This document shows, one piece after another, positions 38,401 to 47,986 of a stretch of DNA of 64,000 nt (its first letter is position 1; each line of letters opens with the position of its first letter). The DNA is from Mobula hypostoma. Taxonomy: Eukaryota. The notes under the pieces were generated by a model. It made no database searches. It had not been told where the DNA came from and saw only the letters and a program-made list of their open reading frames with translations. The stretch covers positions 14,696,001 to 14,760,000 of the forward strand of contig NC_086118.1 of NCBI RefSeq assembly GCF_963921235.1. Reading direction: 5' to 3'. Both the position numbers and the translations under genes were made by a program.

Positions 38401-41400
38401 GTGGCCGTTGTCAAGATGGAGGCTTTTCTTTTTAAACTGGAAACACTCACAGAACATCTGTGGAGAGACAAGGTTACTGTTTCAACTCCATCAAAGGATC
38501 CTCAACCAGAAATATAAACTCTTATCTCACTCCACAAATGCTGCTAGGCCTGCTGAGTGTTTCGAACCAACATCTCCTGTTTTCATCTGCTTTCTTAAAC
38601 ATTTTAAGCTGATTATGCTTTTTGAAATCAAAAGAGGTTTCCCTTTCTGGATGAAATGTGGGGTGTTTTTCACCTGCCTTCCTCAGTTTCCTGTCTGGAA
38701 GAATGGTGGTGATGGAACAGGCTTTCAATGAAGGATGCCATGAGCACGTGCTGGGTTGTTGACTGGTGTCTCCTGGGGCAGGTGAAGGAGCTGGAAGTGG
38801 AGTTGGACGCAGAGCAGAAGCGTCACGCAGAGACCGTGAAGACCCTGCGCAAGAACGAGCGGCGACTGAAGGAGCTGGTGTTCCAGGCTGAGGAGGACCA
38901 GAAGAACCAGCACCGCATGCAGGAGCTGGTTGAGAGGCTTCAGAGCAAGTTAAAGGCCTACAAGAGGCAGGTGGAGGAGGCGGTGAGTGTGGTCCTACCA
39001 GAGGGGGCAGTGGCGGTCCATTGCGGGCACATGATTCTCCTATCCCACCCCAGCCCACTACACTCTGCCCTGTAGGAACCTAGAGCAATGCTGGTTTCCC
39101 AAATTTAAAACAACTGAAAGACAAATCAGTAATAGTGAACAAGTGCCTGTCATTGTTGCATTAGGAGAATCACCTTGCTCCCCTTAATCTCTGCCCTCAG
39201 ACCTTATCCCTTTCGCCTTCCCCCTTTCTCTCTCTTCAACGTCCTGCTCTGACCTCCTCACTCTCTTTAACCTTCCATCTAACCATAAGACTTGGGAGCA
39301 GAATTGGGCCATTCAGCCCATCAAGTCTGCTTCACTATTCCATCATGCCTGATTTATTAACCGTCTCAACCCCATTCTCCTGTGTTCTCCCTGAAACATC
39401 TCCAAAATCCCCTGTGTCCTTAATAAAGTCCTTATTTATCGACCTCCACTTTAAATATACCCGAGGACTTGGGTTCCACAGCTGTCTGTGGTAGAGGGTG
39501 CCACAGCTGTCTGTGGTAGAGGGTGCCACAGCTGTCTGTGGTAGCGGGTTCCACAGCTGTCTGTGGTAGCGGGTTCCACAGCTGTCTGTGGTAGTGGGTT
39601 CCATAGCTGTCTGTGGTTATGGGTTCCACAGCTGTCTGTGGTAATGCACTCCACAGATTCGCCACCCACCAACTGAAGAAAATCCTCCACATCTCTCTTA
39701 TAAAGGAACATCCTTGTATTCAGATGCTGTGCCCTCTAGTTCTGAACTCCCCCTTAAGAATTGTCTATTACCCTTCTTCTTCCTGACACCTTTGAATTTC
39801 TATCATACTGCTGGTGTATTCAACAGTGAAGACTGATGCAAAACACAGTTCACCTACCATTGCTTTGTCACCCATCACTATCTCTCCAGCTTCACTTTCC
39901 AGCAGTCCGGCATCCTCTCTCGCCTCTCTTTCACTCCTTATATATCTGTAGATCTTTTGGTATCATCTTTTTTAGTACCCCAAATTCTACCTGTCATCCC
40001 TTCATCTTTCTCCTCAGTCCCTCTTTCTCCCTCCTCGCCTAATCTTCAACACTCAGCCACATTCCCCCCAATCTCAATGCATCTGTGAAAGAACCAGAAT
40101 TTATAGATTCCCTGTAACAAACATCTCCGTTCAGCCACCAGCAGAATGCCTATGCTAGGTGAGGAGATGGAAAGCACATTGCTGGCAGGTTGTTGGGGGC
40201 ACAGAACAGCTGCCTGATATGGGGCGGTGAATGGACTATCTCTGCATGTTACAGAGCACCCTGGCTTGCTTTAATGTATTTAGTAACCACCATCCATAAC
40301 ATTACGTTCATGTTAATATACTTCCTTTCAGTGAACAATTTAATCTGATTGTACACAGGGGATTTTGGAGATGTTGTGCAGTAATAACAGGATGAATATT
40401 GGAAAAGAGTCAGTAGTAGGTTGGCATAGACTCCATGGGCAGAAGGGCTTTGGTCCCTGTTGCAACTCACCAATATCGAGGTAGACGTATTGTCACTTTT
40501 TCACTGGGCAATGTTCCAGTATTTCCCTTCCCAATGTTAATGCAGATCCTTCTGCGAATTTCCATATGATCTTTAAAGCTTGACCAACCTGAATATAATG
40601 GCCCTGAGCAATCTGATATTTAGTTTTTATTTAGTATTGAGCTACCGTGTGGAATAGGCCCTTCCGTGACTTTGAGCCAAGCCACCCAGTAATCCCCTAA
40701 TTTAATCCGAGCCTAATTGTGGGACAGTTTACAATGGCCAATTACCCTACACGCCTTTGGACTGTGGGAGGAAACCCACGCGGTCTCGGGGAGAACGTCC
40801 AAACTGGTTACCGGCAGCGGTGGGAATTGAACCCAGGTCTCCTGTATTGTAAAGCGTGTGCTAACCACTACGCTACTGTACGGCCCTGTTGAGCAAGCTG
40901 TCCTGAGTGTAGTCCCTGGGACCCAGTTTAATCCTAGTGAACTGCTGAGGGAATTCAGACGTTGACAGGTTTCCAGCAGACAGACTCGGACCTTTCCGCA
41001 ATCACAGCACTGCAATCCCTCACCACCTCTCTTTTGTAGGAAGAACAGGCCAACATGAATCTGGCAAAGTACAGGAAGACGGTCCACGAGTTGGATGATG
41101 CCGAGGAGCGTGCTGATATCGCAGAGGCAGCGCTCACCAAGATCCGCACCAAGAACCGGGCCAGCTTTGGCAAAGGCTACTCCTCGGTAAAAGCTTCCAT
41201 CGCTAATGGCGAGAGGTTGAGAGTGTGGATGGTTGTGCGACCATGTTTTAGTGTGACTGCTGACTTTACGGCAGATTTAATAGAATTCAGAATGCAGACA
41301 GGCTGGATGTAGTTTATAAATCTAACTTTGCACAATTATCACACTCTTACTGCCTTTGCCAGCCTTCGACAAGTGTTAAGTCTTTTGTCACCGAGCTTCA

Positions 41401-42727
41401 ACATAGAATACAACAGCCTGGGAGCAGGCTATTCAACCCACTACATCCATGATGCCAATTTAAACTGCCATGGTTCATATCCCTCCATTCCCGTACCCCT
41501 ACATCTGCCTCATCCTCTTGAACACCGCTATCATGTCTACTTCTACCATCTCCACGAGCAACACGTTCCAGATGTAAAAAGAAACTTGTCTTCTAAACCT
41601 CCTTTAAACTTCCTCCTCTCACCTTAAAGATTCTCCCTTTGATTGATCTGTCTTTTTTTAATTAATGGTCCAAAACCTGCAGATGCTGGAAATCTGAGGC
41701 ACAGTGCTGAAGATACTCCTCAGATTCGTCTACCTGAAACATAGAGAGTTGGGAAGTTGCAGGTGAAAGACCCTGTGTCAGAATCTGCAGATTCTTCTAT
41801 CTGAAACATAGAGAGAGTTGGGTAATTGCAGGTGAAAGATCCTGTGTCATAATCTAACAACCTCACTTTTTCCACTTTCTCCCCACCACCAAAATCAATG
41901 TCACCAACCTTCACAGATCCATCCCCAATTGGCAGAACTGTTGGTCTATTGAATTCATCAACCTATTCTCCCTGTATATCCTTCCCCAAAATCTAATCAA
42001 CTCTAGCCGATTTTTACCAGTTTGCTGACAAAGTAGCAACGATTTCTCAGTCTTACCTCAAGGGTGCATTCATATATTCAGAGGCAAACACACTTGCAGT
42101 GTGACTTCTAATCCGGCTGCACAAGCAATCTAAATGCAATCAGTCCAGTGGCCACCATCTGATCTCAGCTATTAATGTTAATGCTGCCAAGGGCAGGCAA
42201 ACAGCCAGCCAGCATACTTGTTTAACTACCGTCTCTGTGCTCCTGCTTTCCACTATCCAGATTCCTACAGCCATCCCATGAATTCTCTCCCCACTTCTTT
42301 CTCATCTATTACTGTGGTGCCTGGCTCAGGAATTCCACTTACAGTCAAAGTCTGCAGGACATCGAGGAGAAGCACTCTCCTTTTGCATTTTTGAGCCTCA
42401 CAGAAGAGGCCCTCCAGAACAAAATCAAGGCTGATTAATAAATGGTGATTCCCAGGTCCTCTTGTCCTCTCTTTACGAAATCCTGCATTTCTTTTCCCAC
42501 AGTCGCACAGTCAGTATATCGTTCTAGAACTCTCAACAAAACCCAGGATACAACTAAGTGATATTGCCCTTTTTCTACAGGGTTACAACTCTCCGTTCGC
42601 CACCCTTGTCAGGTCCCCTAGCTCGGCTGGGTCGGAAGGAAGAGGAGAGAAGATGCTGAATGATGATGATTCTACCTCTCTCATTCCTACTTACCTGAAT
42701 TCCCTTAAGAAGCTGATTATTGAATAA
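11345..42727 (+). CDS. MYH16: MYH16-class (ancient sarcomeric) myosin heavy chain, 3' part. 11 exons: 11345-11477, 11983-12199, 15506-15642, 18872-18975, 23360-23552, 27713-27916, 30686-30811, 37546-37716, 38782-38982, 41040-41186, 42581-42727. The 5' part lies outside the window.
   Basis: All exons have GT-AG boundaries with compatible phases (1780 nt in total, ending in TAA). The translation is myosin rod/LMM with motifs I recognise from MYH16 ([73 protein letters not shown]). It could be an MYH16 paralogue rather than the strict orthologue. Confidence 0.9.
11983..12199 (+). CDS. MYH16: myosin heavy chain exon ([13 protein letters not shown]...RENKTLQ), 217 nt
   Basis: Polypyrimidine tract, cctgtag|GCG ... 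CAAG|gtagat. Confidence 0.92.
12828..13381. mobile_element. non-autonomous Tc1/mariner-type element
   Basis: Inverted termini TA|CACTCAGTGG ... CCACTGAGTG; internal remnants typical of Tc1 derivatives. Confidence 0.7.
14202..14677 (-). mobile_element. non-autonomous PIF/Harbinger-like DNA transposon
   Basis: 21-bp perfect terminal inverted repeat (TIR) GGCTGATTTATACTTGTGCGT, flanked by TTAA on both sides. The internal [20 protein letters not shown] resembles the Harbinger transposase N-terminus. Confidence 0.75.
15506..15642 (+). CDS. MYH16: myosin heavy chain exon ([14 protein letters not shown]...SEAALE), 137 nt
   Basis: tgcag|AAGAG ... CTAGAG|gtaaac; phase matches the previous exon. Confidence 0.92.
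16040..16380 (-). mobile_element. Penelope-like terminal (pLTR) fragment
   Basis: Same purine-rich tail family as 22500-22870 and 52735-53110. Confidence 0.65.
16710..16925. mobile_element. palindromic Penelope pLTR-derived element
   Basis: Inverted arms of ~70 bp centred near 16790, each carrying a degenerate hammerhead core. Confidence 0.75.
18872..18975 (+). CDS. MYH16: myosin heavy chain exon ([12 protein letters not shown]...EEFEATR), 104 nt
   Basis: ctgctttcag|GCT ... ACAAG|gtaatc. Confidence 0.92.
21480..21835 (+). mobile_element. CR1 3' fragment
   Basis: CR1 3'-end similarity to other copies in the window. Confidence 0.6.
21860..22870 (+). mobile_element. Penelope-like element 3' part (degenerate GIY-YIG endonuclease plus pLTR)
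   Basis: [30 protein letters not shown]; homologous to 53197-53634; degenerate hammerhead near 22729-22765. Confidence 0.85.
23360..23552 (+). CDS. MYH16: myosin heavy chain exon ([11 protein letters not shown]...LQQQVK), 193 nt
   Basis: ccttttaag|GAAAAAC ... GTGAAG|gtgagg. Confidence 0.92.
24195..24480 (-). mobile_element. V-SINE (HE1-like)
   Basis: Reverse V domain (..CTCCAGTTTCCTCCCAAAGTCCAAAG), tRNA-like head, (TAAA)n tail. Confidence 0.7.
24560..25100 (+). mobile_element. CR1 3' fragment containing a (CA)-rich tandem repeat at ~24910-25030
   Basis: CR1 3' UTR; CACACACATAGACTCGCATG units. Confidence 0.6.
25500..25835. mobile_element. Penelope pLTR fragments in inverted arrangement
   Basis: Minus-strand hammerhead-like core at ~25558-25594, followed by a plus-strand tail. 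Confidence 0.65.
27237..27712 (+). repeat. 34-bp minisatellite, 14 units (ACTGGTGCTGACCGAGCTGTATCCCTGTGCCCAG), ending at the exon acceptor
   Basis: Units counted directly: 12x34 + 26 + 32 = 466 nt. Confidence 0.95.
27713..27916 (+). CDS. MYH16: myosin heavy chain exon ([15 protein letters not shown]...NEINMQ), 204 nt
   Basis: tgcccag|GAC ... ATGCAG|gtgagg; 204 nt is the conserved size of this MYH exon. Confidence 0.92.
28260..29023. repeat. 19/21-bp minisatellite (CATGGAGATACCATCATAC[CA])
   Basis: Visible tandem periodicity; it generates the spurious repetitive ORFs here. Confidence 0.95.
29015..29560 (-). mobile_element. CR1 3' fragment
   Basis: [22 protein letters not shown]1 3' UTR. Confidence 0.7.
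30212..30432. mobile_element. palindromic Penelope pLTR-derived element
   Basis: Inverted arms of ~90 bp centred near 30310. Confidence 0.75.
30686..30811 (+). CDS. MYH16: myosin heavy chain exon ([12 protein letters not shown]...KAKKAVCE), 126 nt
   Basis: ctgac branch point, tactccag|TTC ... TGTGAG|gtagga; conserved 126-nt size. Confidence 0.92.
31115..32020 (+). mobile_element. CR1 RT fragment interrupted by a palindromic Penelope pLTR insert (31709-31889, TSD TTACACTG)
   Basis: [26 protein letters not shown]; 8-bp direct repeat at 31701-31708 and 31890-31897. Confidence 0.8.
32960..34225. mobile_element. two CR1 fragments back to back (minus ~32960-33350, plus ~33370-34225)
   Basis: CR1 RT C-terminal and 3' UTR similarity. 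Confidence 0.75.
35211..36277. repeat. 41-bp minisatellite, ~26 units (AGAGAGGCCCGTCCTGTACTGTCCTGTCCGGTTGTTCCATT)
   Basis: Visible tandem periodicity. Confidence 0.95.
36593..37533. repeat. 24-bp minisatellite, ~39 units (CTCTCTGAGCTGGTGGACGTGACA and variants)
   Basis: Visible periodicity; produces the 8-aa-repeat ORFs on both strands. Confidence 0.95.
37546..37716 (+). CDS. MYH16: myosin heavy chain exon ([14 protein letters not shown]...[13 protein letters not shown]), 171 nt
   Basis: tttttgctcag|GTG ... GGACGG|gtagga; contains the [12 protein letters not shown] motif. Confidence 0.93.
38782..38982 (+). CDS. MYH16: myosin heavy chain exon ([14 protein letters not shown]...AYKRQVEEA), 201 nt
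   Basis: ggggcag|GTG ... GAGGCG|gtgagt. Confidence 0.93.
39285..39750 (-). mobile_element. CR1 3' fragment with an internal 25-bp tandem expansion (39471-39643)
   Basis: About 7 units of GGTTCCACAGCTGTCTGTGGTAGCG inside CR1 sequence. Confidence 0.8.
40620..40885 (-). mobile_element. V-SINE (HE1-like)
   Basis: tRNA head (GTAGCGTAGTGGTTAGCAC, GGTTCAATTCCC) and V domain on the minus strand. Confidence 0.8.
41040..41186 (+). CDS. MYH16: myosin heavy chain exon ([25 protein letters not shown]...GKGYSS), 147 nt
   Basis: cttttgtag|GAA ... TCCTCG|gtaaaa. Confidence 0.9.
41720..41850. repeat. ~66-bp tandem duplication
   Basis: Two copies of CAGATTC..CTGAAACATAGAGAG..TGCAGGTGAAAGA.CCTGTGTCA. Confidence 0.7.
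42581..42727 (+). CDS. MYH16: terminal myosin exon encoding a 48-aa non-helical tail ([24 protein letters not shown]...NSLKKLIIE*)
   Basis: ctaag branch-like motif and ccctttttctacag| acceptor, phase 0, open to TAA, followed by AATAAA at 43072. Not in the ORF track; found by reading. Confidence 0.78.
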   Translation, partial: GYNSPFATLVRSPSSAGSEGRGEKMLNDDDSTSLIPTYLNSLKKLIIE

Positions 42728-43071
42728 TTCGCCAAAGAGGGCCCCTCTCATGCACTAACTAGAGTGGATGGGGAAAGACATTTACCACTGGAGCGACGTG
42801 CAACACAAATGGTACCGGCATCTCCATGTCTCTGCTGTGTGTAGGAGCTGACAGTATCTATGGAGAGTCAGACTGGGGGTAGGAGCATCAAAGTAATACT
42901 CAACCAACAGCATTTCAACAGGATCTAAAAAATATCTGTCATAAGTAATTGCATGCATGCGTGGTTTTTAGCGGTTGGGAACAATGGCTCACAGATGCAA
43001 AGAAAGCCGCAACTGAGATGGTCCTCTGATTGAATTGTTTGCAAACAATTGAACGTGGAGTATAATGAGAC

Positions 43072-43077
43072 AATAAA
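43072..43077 (+). promoter_or_regulatory. putative polyadenylation signal of the myosin gene
   Basis: First AATAAA after the stop codon (about 345 nt downstream), with GT-rich sequence further 3'. Confidence 0.6.
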
Positions 43078-44482
43078 ACTGTTAAACCCGGTCACTTATC
43101 CCAGAATCAGAGTGCACTTTGGTGTGTTCTACCCCTGTAGCTCAGTGTCATCCCTTGCTTCCCAGGTTGTCAGAGAAGCTCCTCCCTCCTGTAGCCTTAA
43201 AACTCAGTACAACAGCGTTCCAATTCAGATGTTAAAGCCACACTGGAAACATATGAAAATTTAAAAGAGACCCATTTTTGTATCACTGAGAAATTGCATT
43301 ATATTTATATTTTATATATTATATATATTATATATATATTATGGACGACTTAGTTGATTTTATAATACAGCTTATAACTCCATGTTTGCAGATGAAAATA
43401 TCTAGATAATCATTTAATCACCTATAACCTTAGTGTAATCCATGGTAACTGTTAATATTATTGTGCATTTTACATTGTAATAAACCACTGTAATCTTTTG
43501 CCTGAACAGTTTTTTTTTGAAGGGGAGCAAGCTCCAGTTATAGCTGGGATGTAGAGTTTCTGCAATGAATTGACAATGGCTCCTCACACCAAATAAAATA
43601 TCCAACCATTTACTCTTGTCACCTCCACTCTCACTCAAAGGGCAAGTAGTTGGTTTTCAAGACCTTGCCCGTGAGCAGCTGAGGGGAAAGGCCCAAGCTA
43701 TCAACCAGTTATCTTTGGGATGTTAAAAATCAGAACAGCGTGACAAAAAAAAGGCACTATTTTCTTTCTCCTTCCATGCAACAAGAGCATAATAATATTG
43801 TAAATTAGTGAGATTTTGCAGATGCTGGAAATCCTGAGCAGCGCACACAGTCTGATGGAGCAATGCAGTCGGTCCGTCAGCATCTGTGGAGGGAAATGCA
43901 CAGTCCACTTTCATCGGGACTGGTACTATTGTAAATATTGTGTTACAGATTAAGGGCCAGTACTTCATAGCACTACAGATGCTGACTCTGCAGCAAGCCT
44001 CAAAATGCAATGGGTAGATAAGCAAACCAGTGGTAATGTCCTGTTTGACACCAATGTTCTCCCACATTGAAACCCAACTAACACTCAGAGCTCTATTGAG
44101 CAGGCCACATCATTTGCCTGGTCAGCACTATTCTGAACCACCCATAATGGCAAGGCATTCCCAGATAGCCTGAGGAAAGTGATTCAAGGACATTGGCAAA
44201 ACCTCCTCGGGAAAGGCACATCATCCCTGCAGACTCTTGGGAATCCTCCACCCATAACCAAAGTTGAAAAGAAGCTTTCAGAATGGTGGTGAGAACCTGA
44301 AGGCCAGGTGTCAGGCAAATGAGTGTGTAAAGAACACACCGCACCTGCCCCCACCCCCCACAAACCATCCAGCTGCCCCATCTGTGAAGGGACATACTCC
44401 ACTCTGGAGTGGTAAAAGGAAGTCAGTAATGCTATCAATTCAGTTGTTAATTGAAGACGTTTCTGAAAATGGAATTCATAAT

Positions 44483-44762
44483 CACTACAGTAGCATAGTG
44501 ATTAGCACAATGCTTTACAGTACAGGCAACCCAGGCTCAATTCCTGCCACTGCCTAAAAGGAATTTGTACATTCCCCCTGTAAATGTGTGGGTTTCTTCT
44601 GGGTGCTCCAGTTTCCTCCCACAGTCCAAAGACATAGGTTAATTGGTCACTGTAACTTGTCCAGTGATTAGGCTCAGATTAAATCAGGGGTTTGCTGTGC
44701 GGCGTGGCTCGGAGTGCTGGAAGGGTCTATTCTGCGCTGCTTCTCAATTAATAAATAAATAG
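44483..44762 (+). mobile_element. V-SINE (HE1-like) in the intergenic spacer
   Basis: tRNA-like head, GGGTTTCTTCTGGGTGCTCCAGTTTCCTCCCACAGTCCAAAGAC, (TAAA)n tail. Confidence 0.8.
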
Positions 44763-45097
44763 ATTCACAACAGGGAGAACTCAAAAGATTCATCAGTTAG
44801 GGCAAGGGTAAAAGAACGATCACGTATAATTGTATCTTCACATTTGGAAGGTCTTTCAGTTGCTGAGATGAAGGAGCCCGTGGTGATTTGCAAGCTAATG
44901 TTGGACTCCAATAAATCAGGTTTCCACTTAAGCAATGCAGTCTGCTCAAATGACAACATTAAGGTTCTTGATGGCATCTCCAGAGCCATCAACCAAAGTT
45001 GAGTTTGGTTCAAATAACAATGATTTGCACATTTACTTATGAAGATTCATGAGATATTTAAAACAGGCACTAGACCAGTCATTTCATTTAAATGTCA

Positions 45098-47872
45098 TTT
45101 ATTGTACATAAAACATTCTGATTTTAGCAGCTACAGCCTTTAAAAGCAATTTCCTTTTCATTGAGAGTGTGAATGTTTTTAATAACATCAATTTAACTAG
45201 AGGACATTTATCACAACTTGCACAATATTTAAAGCAACATACACGAAATGGTAAATAAGAAACATTATGTTGCTGCAGATACAGATTAAGTCCATCTTAG
45301 GGTACTTTCACATGAAAACATCGTAAGTAACGGCCATCTGGTCAGACAACATGCTGTTTTATGGAAAATTAATCATCCCCTTTTATAGTATATAGAAATT
45401 CAGAATATCATAGAGAAACTGCACTATTGTAACAAGGTTATTGGTTTATGAAATCCAAATGAATTTAAGATATACAAAAAGCATTTGTGCTTGAAAAAGT
45501 TGTGGACAAGTTAGTCATACATTGATAAAATGCTCTCCAGTAACATTGTATAAACTTGTTAACTATGTATCACATCATATTCAAATTTGTCTTCTATCTA
45601 TATAAAAAAAGCAGAGAATAGCACCAGTAGAGCTAGATCCTGCAATGTTAAGTTAGCATGTTAAGATGCACAGGATTGGAATTAAATCTGTTGAGGTCAT
45701 TTGAAACTTTTCTGGCCTTCCTTATATAAAGATTAGCAAGGTCAAAATTCAGCACAAATAGCTTTTCCAGAGAGGAAGCTTGCCTCTCTGTCCTTTGTAA
45801 ACCAGAGTCATCTCTACTTATTGGTGGAAAATCCCTGGTGCCCAAGGATAATTTAACAGTTTGCCCCTTAAATTGACCCAGACAGATGTTCATTAGTCCA
45901 TCCTTCATGACGTGGACTGAGGGGACTGAATTAAATCGCTACGTGGTTTCTAAATGGTGCCTTTCTAATCAACTTTGCACTTAAGTTAATAACAGAAAAG
46001 CAGACCAAAACAATCTTAGTTGACAGCACTCTAAATCTCACCTGTTGGATTCACTTGGTTTTAATGAGAGGCACATACGCAATTATTAAATGAAACAAAT
46101 CATTCCTCCATTCAGTACAACTCCATTGAAATCTTAGCTAACTGCAGTGGCCTTGTTGACAGTGCTCTGCATTAACACTGCTATTTTGGATGCTGTGGAG
46201 GTGATCATGTTTTGAAAGTCTCTTTAGATCAGGGACGTCCAACCTGGGGTCCACAGACACCTTGCTTAATGGTACTGGTTCATGGCATAGAAAAGGTTGG
46301 GAACCCCTGCTTTAGATAGTCAGGTGGAACTAACACAAGAAAATCTGCAGTTGTAGCACAGTCTACATCCTAGAACTAGGACTCCATCCTCAGTAGATCT
46401 GCCAAGTTCCTCCAGCATTTGCGTGTTCACCCATAGCAACATGAATCAAAGAAGCTGTATGCAGATGGAAAAACTCTCAAGGCAACATTAACAGAGAATA
46501 TTCCATTTATGCTGAAGTTGTTGGTTTAGCAGACAGAATTACTTTATGGCTGTTCTAATGAATTTATTTTGTGCAATTTCAATCTATCATTACTTGACTG
46601 GTACATTGACATCTGCACAACGAGATTTTAGAATAGGATAGGCTCATGTGTATTTGCATACTAAGCAATGTCATGTGGAACCAGACAGCTATCTTGCTCC
46701 TAACCTCCAAGGAAAGACTCCAGGAGGGAAGGAAATGCTTCACAGGCTTACTTAGGCAGAACAGCATTTGGCTGCCAAAAAAGCCAATCAAATCTGCTCC
46801 AAAACATTAATAATTAGTGCACAAAGAACCAAGATTTATTTACACCAAGCAAGCAAAATTAGAGGCAAATGAAGTGAACAGAGAAAAAAAATGCAAAAAT
46901 AGTCTCAAGCACAGAAGAGGCTGCTGTGATGTGTCATCAAGTACTGACTATATGCACAGTCAGACAGATAAGGAGATGTAGACAAAGTGCAAGACACTTA
47001 TACAGAAAACTCTCCAGTTATTTGAGTAAACAAAATAAAAATCACTTCAGTGACAAACTCCAGCCAAGAGTGGGTGGAGGTGGCTGCCTTTCTGCAGAGG
47101 TTAATGCAGAACTTCAATTCTCGCTGAACTCCAGTTCCATAACTTGGTGAATTTAAGTGGAACATTTTTAACTCATTGATGGTTCTTTTAGTAGAAGCTC
47201 CCGATAATCTGGAACTAGAATTCCAATCACATTCAGACACTAGGATAATTCACACTAGTATGTTCATATTCAGAATATACTGAACAACACACTTGATCGT
47301 TAAAAGCCTTAACAGAGCTCTTACATTTACTCTTCAATTTGAGCTCATCTGGTTCTGAGATACAATAAACTTCAGATGTGGCTACCTGCAAGACCTATCA
47401 CTTGGCTGAGAATGCAAAATTAGGGGTGGGGGGCGGGTAGTCAGAAGTCTGAAATGGTTTTCATGTGAAAGTGCCCTGTATTACTCAAGGGACAGCCACA
47501 CTGCACTGTTTTCAGGAATGTAAGAAGAGTTGAGGGATGGGTAGGACACAGAATCCTGGACAGCTGAAGCACTCTTTTTTATATACATGCTTAGCATGCA
47601 AGAGAAAGCTTTTCCACCATTGCTGGTGAACGGGCAGTTTGATTTGCAAGAAAACTCAAACTAGCACAAAATACAAACTGCTTGACACAGATGGCTAAAT
47701 ATTTAAACATTTTTTGTTTCATATACACAAAAGGCACTCTGTAATGAGCTTGCACTGTCACTTCCATTGCACTTTGATTCCTTGATACAATCCATCCACC
47801 TGAAGAGCAGCAGCAGCTAACTGCTCGGTTAATGCCTGTGGAAAAGAAAATCATTCCAGCAAAGGGCTTACT
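45098..47872 (-). other. GAS7: putative GAS7 3' UTR ending at an AATAAA (minus strand, 45098-45103)
   Basis: AT-rich, almost repeat-free stretch downstream of the stop; reads TGTACAATAAA on the minus strand. Confidence 0.6.
46230..46309. mobile_element. 80-bp hAT (Charlie-like) MITE
   Basis: TIRs CAGGG...CCCTG with a perfect 8-bp TSD CTTTAGAT; a second, inverted copy lies at ~61905-61984. Confidence 0.85.
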
Positions 47873-47986
47873 CTATAATTCCATGTCTACCGGCCGGATG
47901 TGGCCTGTCTTGTGCTCTTTTACCCAGAGCTCTCTGTCCTTGGCAGGGTCAACCTTCTGAAGCAGCTGATCCACTGGTTCGATAGT
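47873..47986 (-). CDS. GAS7: GAS7 (growth arrest-specific 7, F-BAR protein) terminal coding exon: TIEPVDQLLQKVDPAKDRELWVKEHKTGHIRPVDMEL*
   Basis: Minus-strand acceptor ttgttctctag|ACT; translation matches the GAS7 C-terminus as I recall it; TAG stop. Confidence 0.93.
   Translation of the reverse strand, partial: TIEPVDQLLQKVDPAKDRELWVKEHKTGHIRPVDMEL

Noticed and set aside
11478..42580. Intronic myomiR (miR-208/499/736 type)
   Set aside because: I found no hairpin carrying a mature TAAGAC(G/T)-type sequence by eye; a formal miRNA search would be needed to exclude one.
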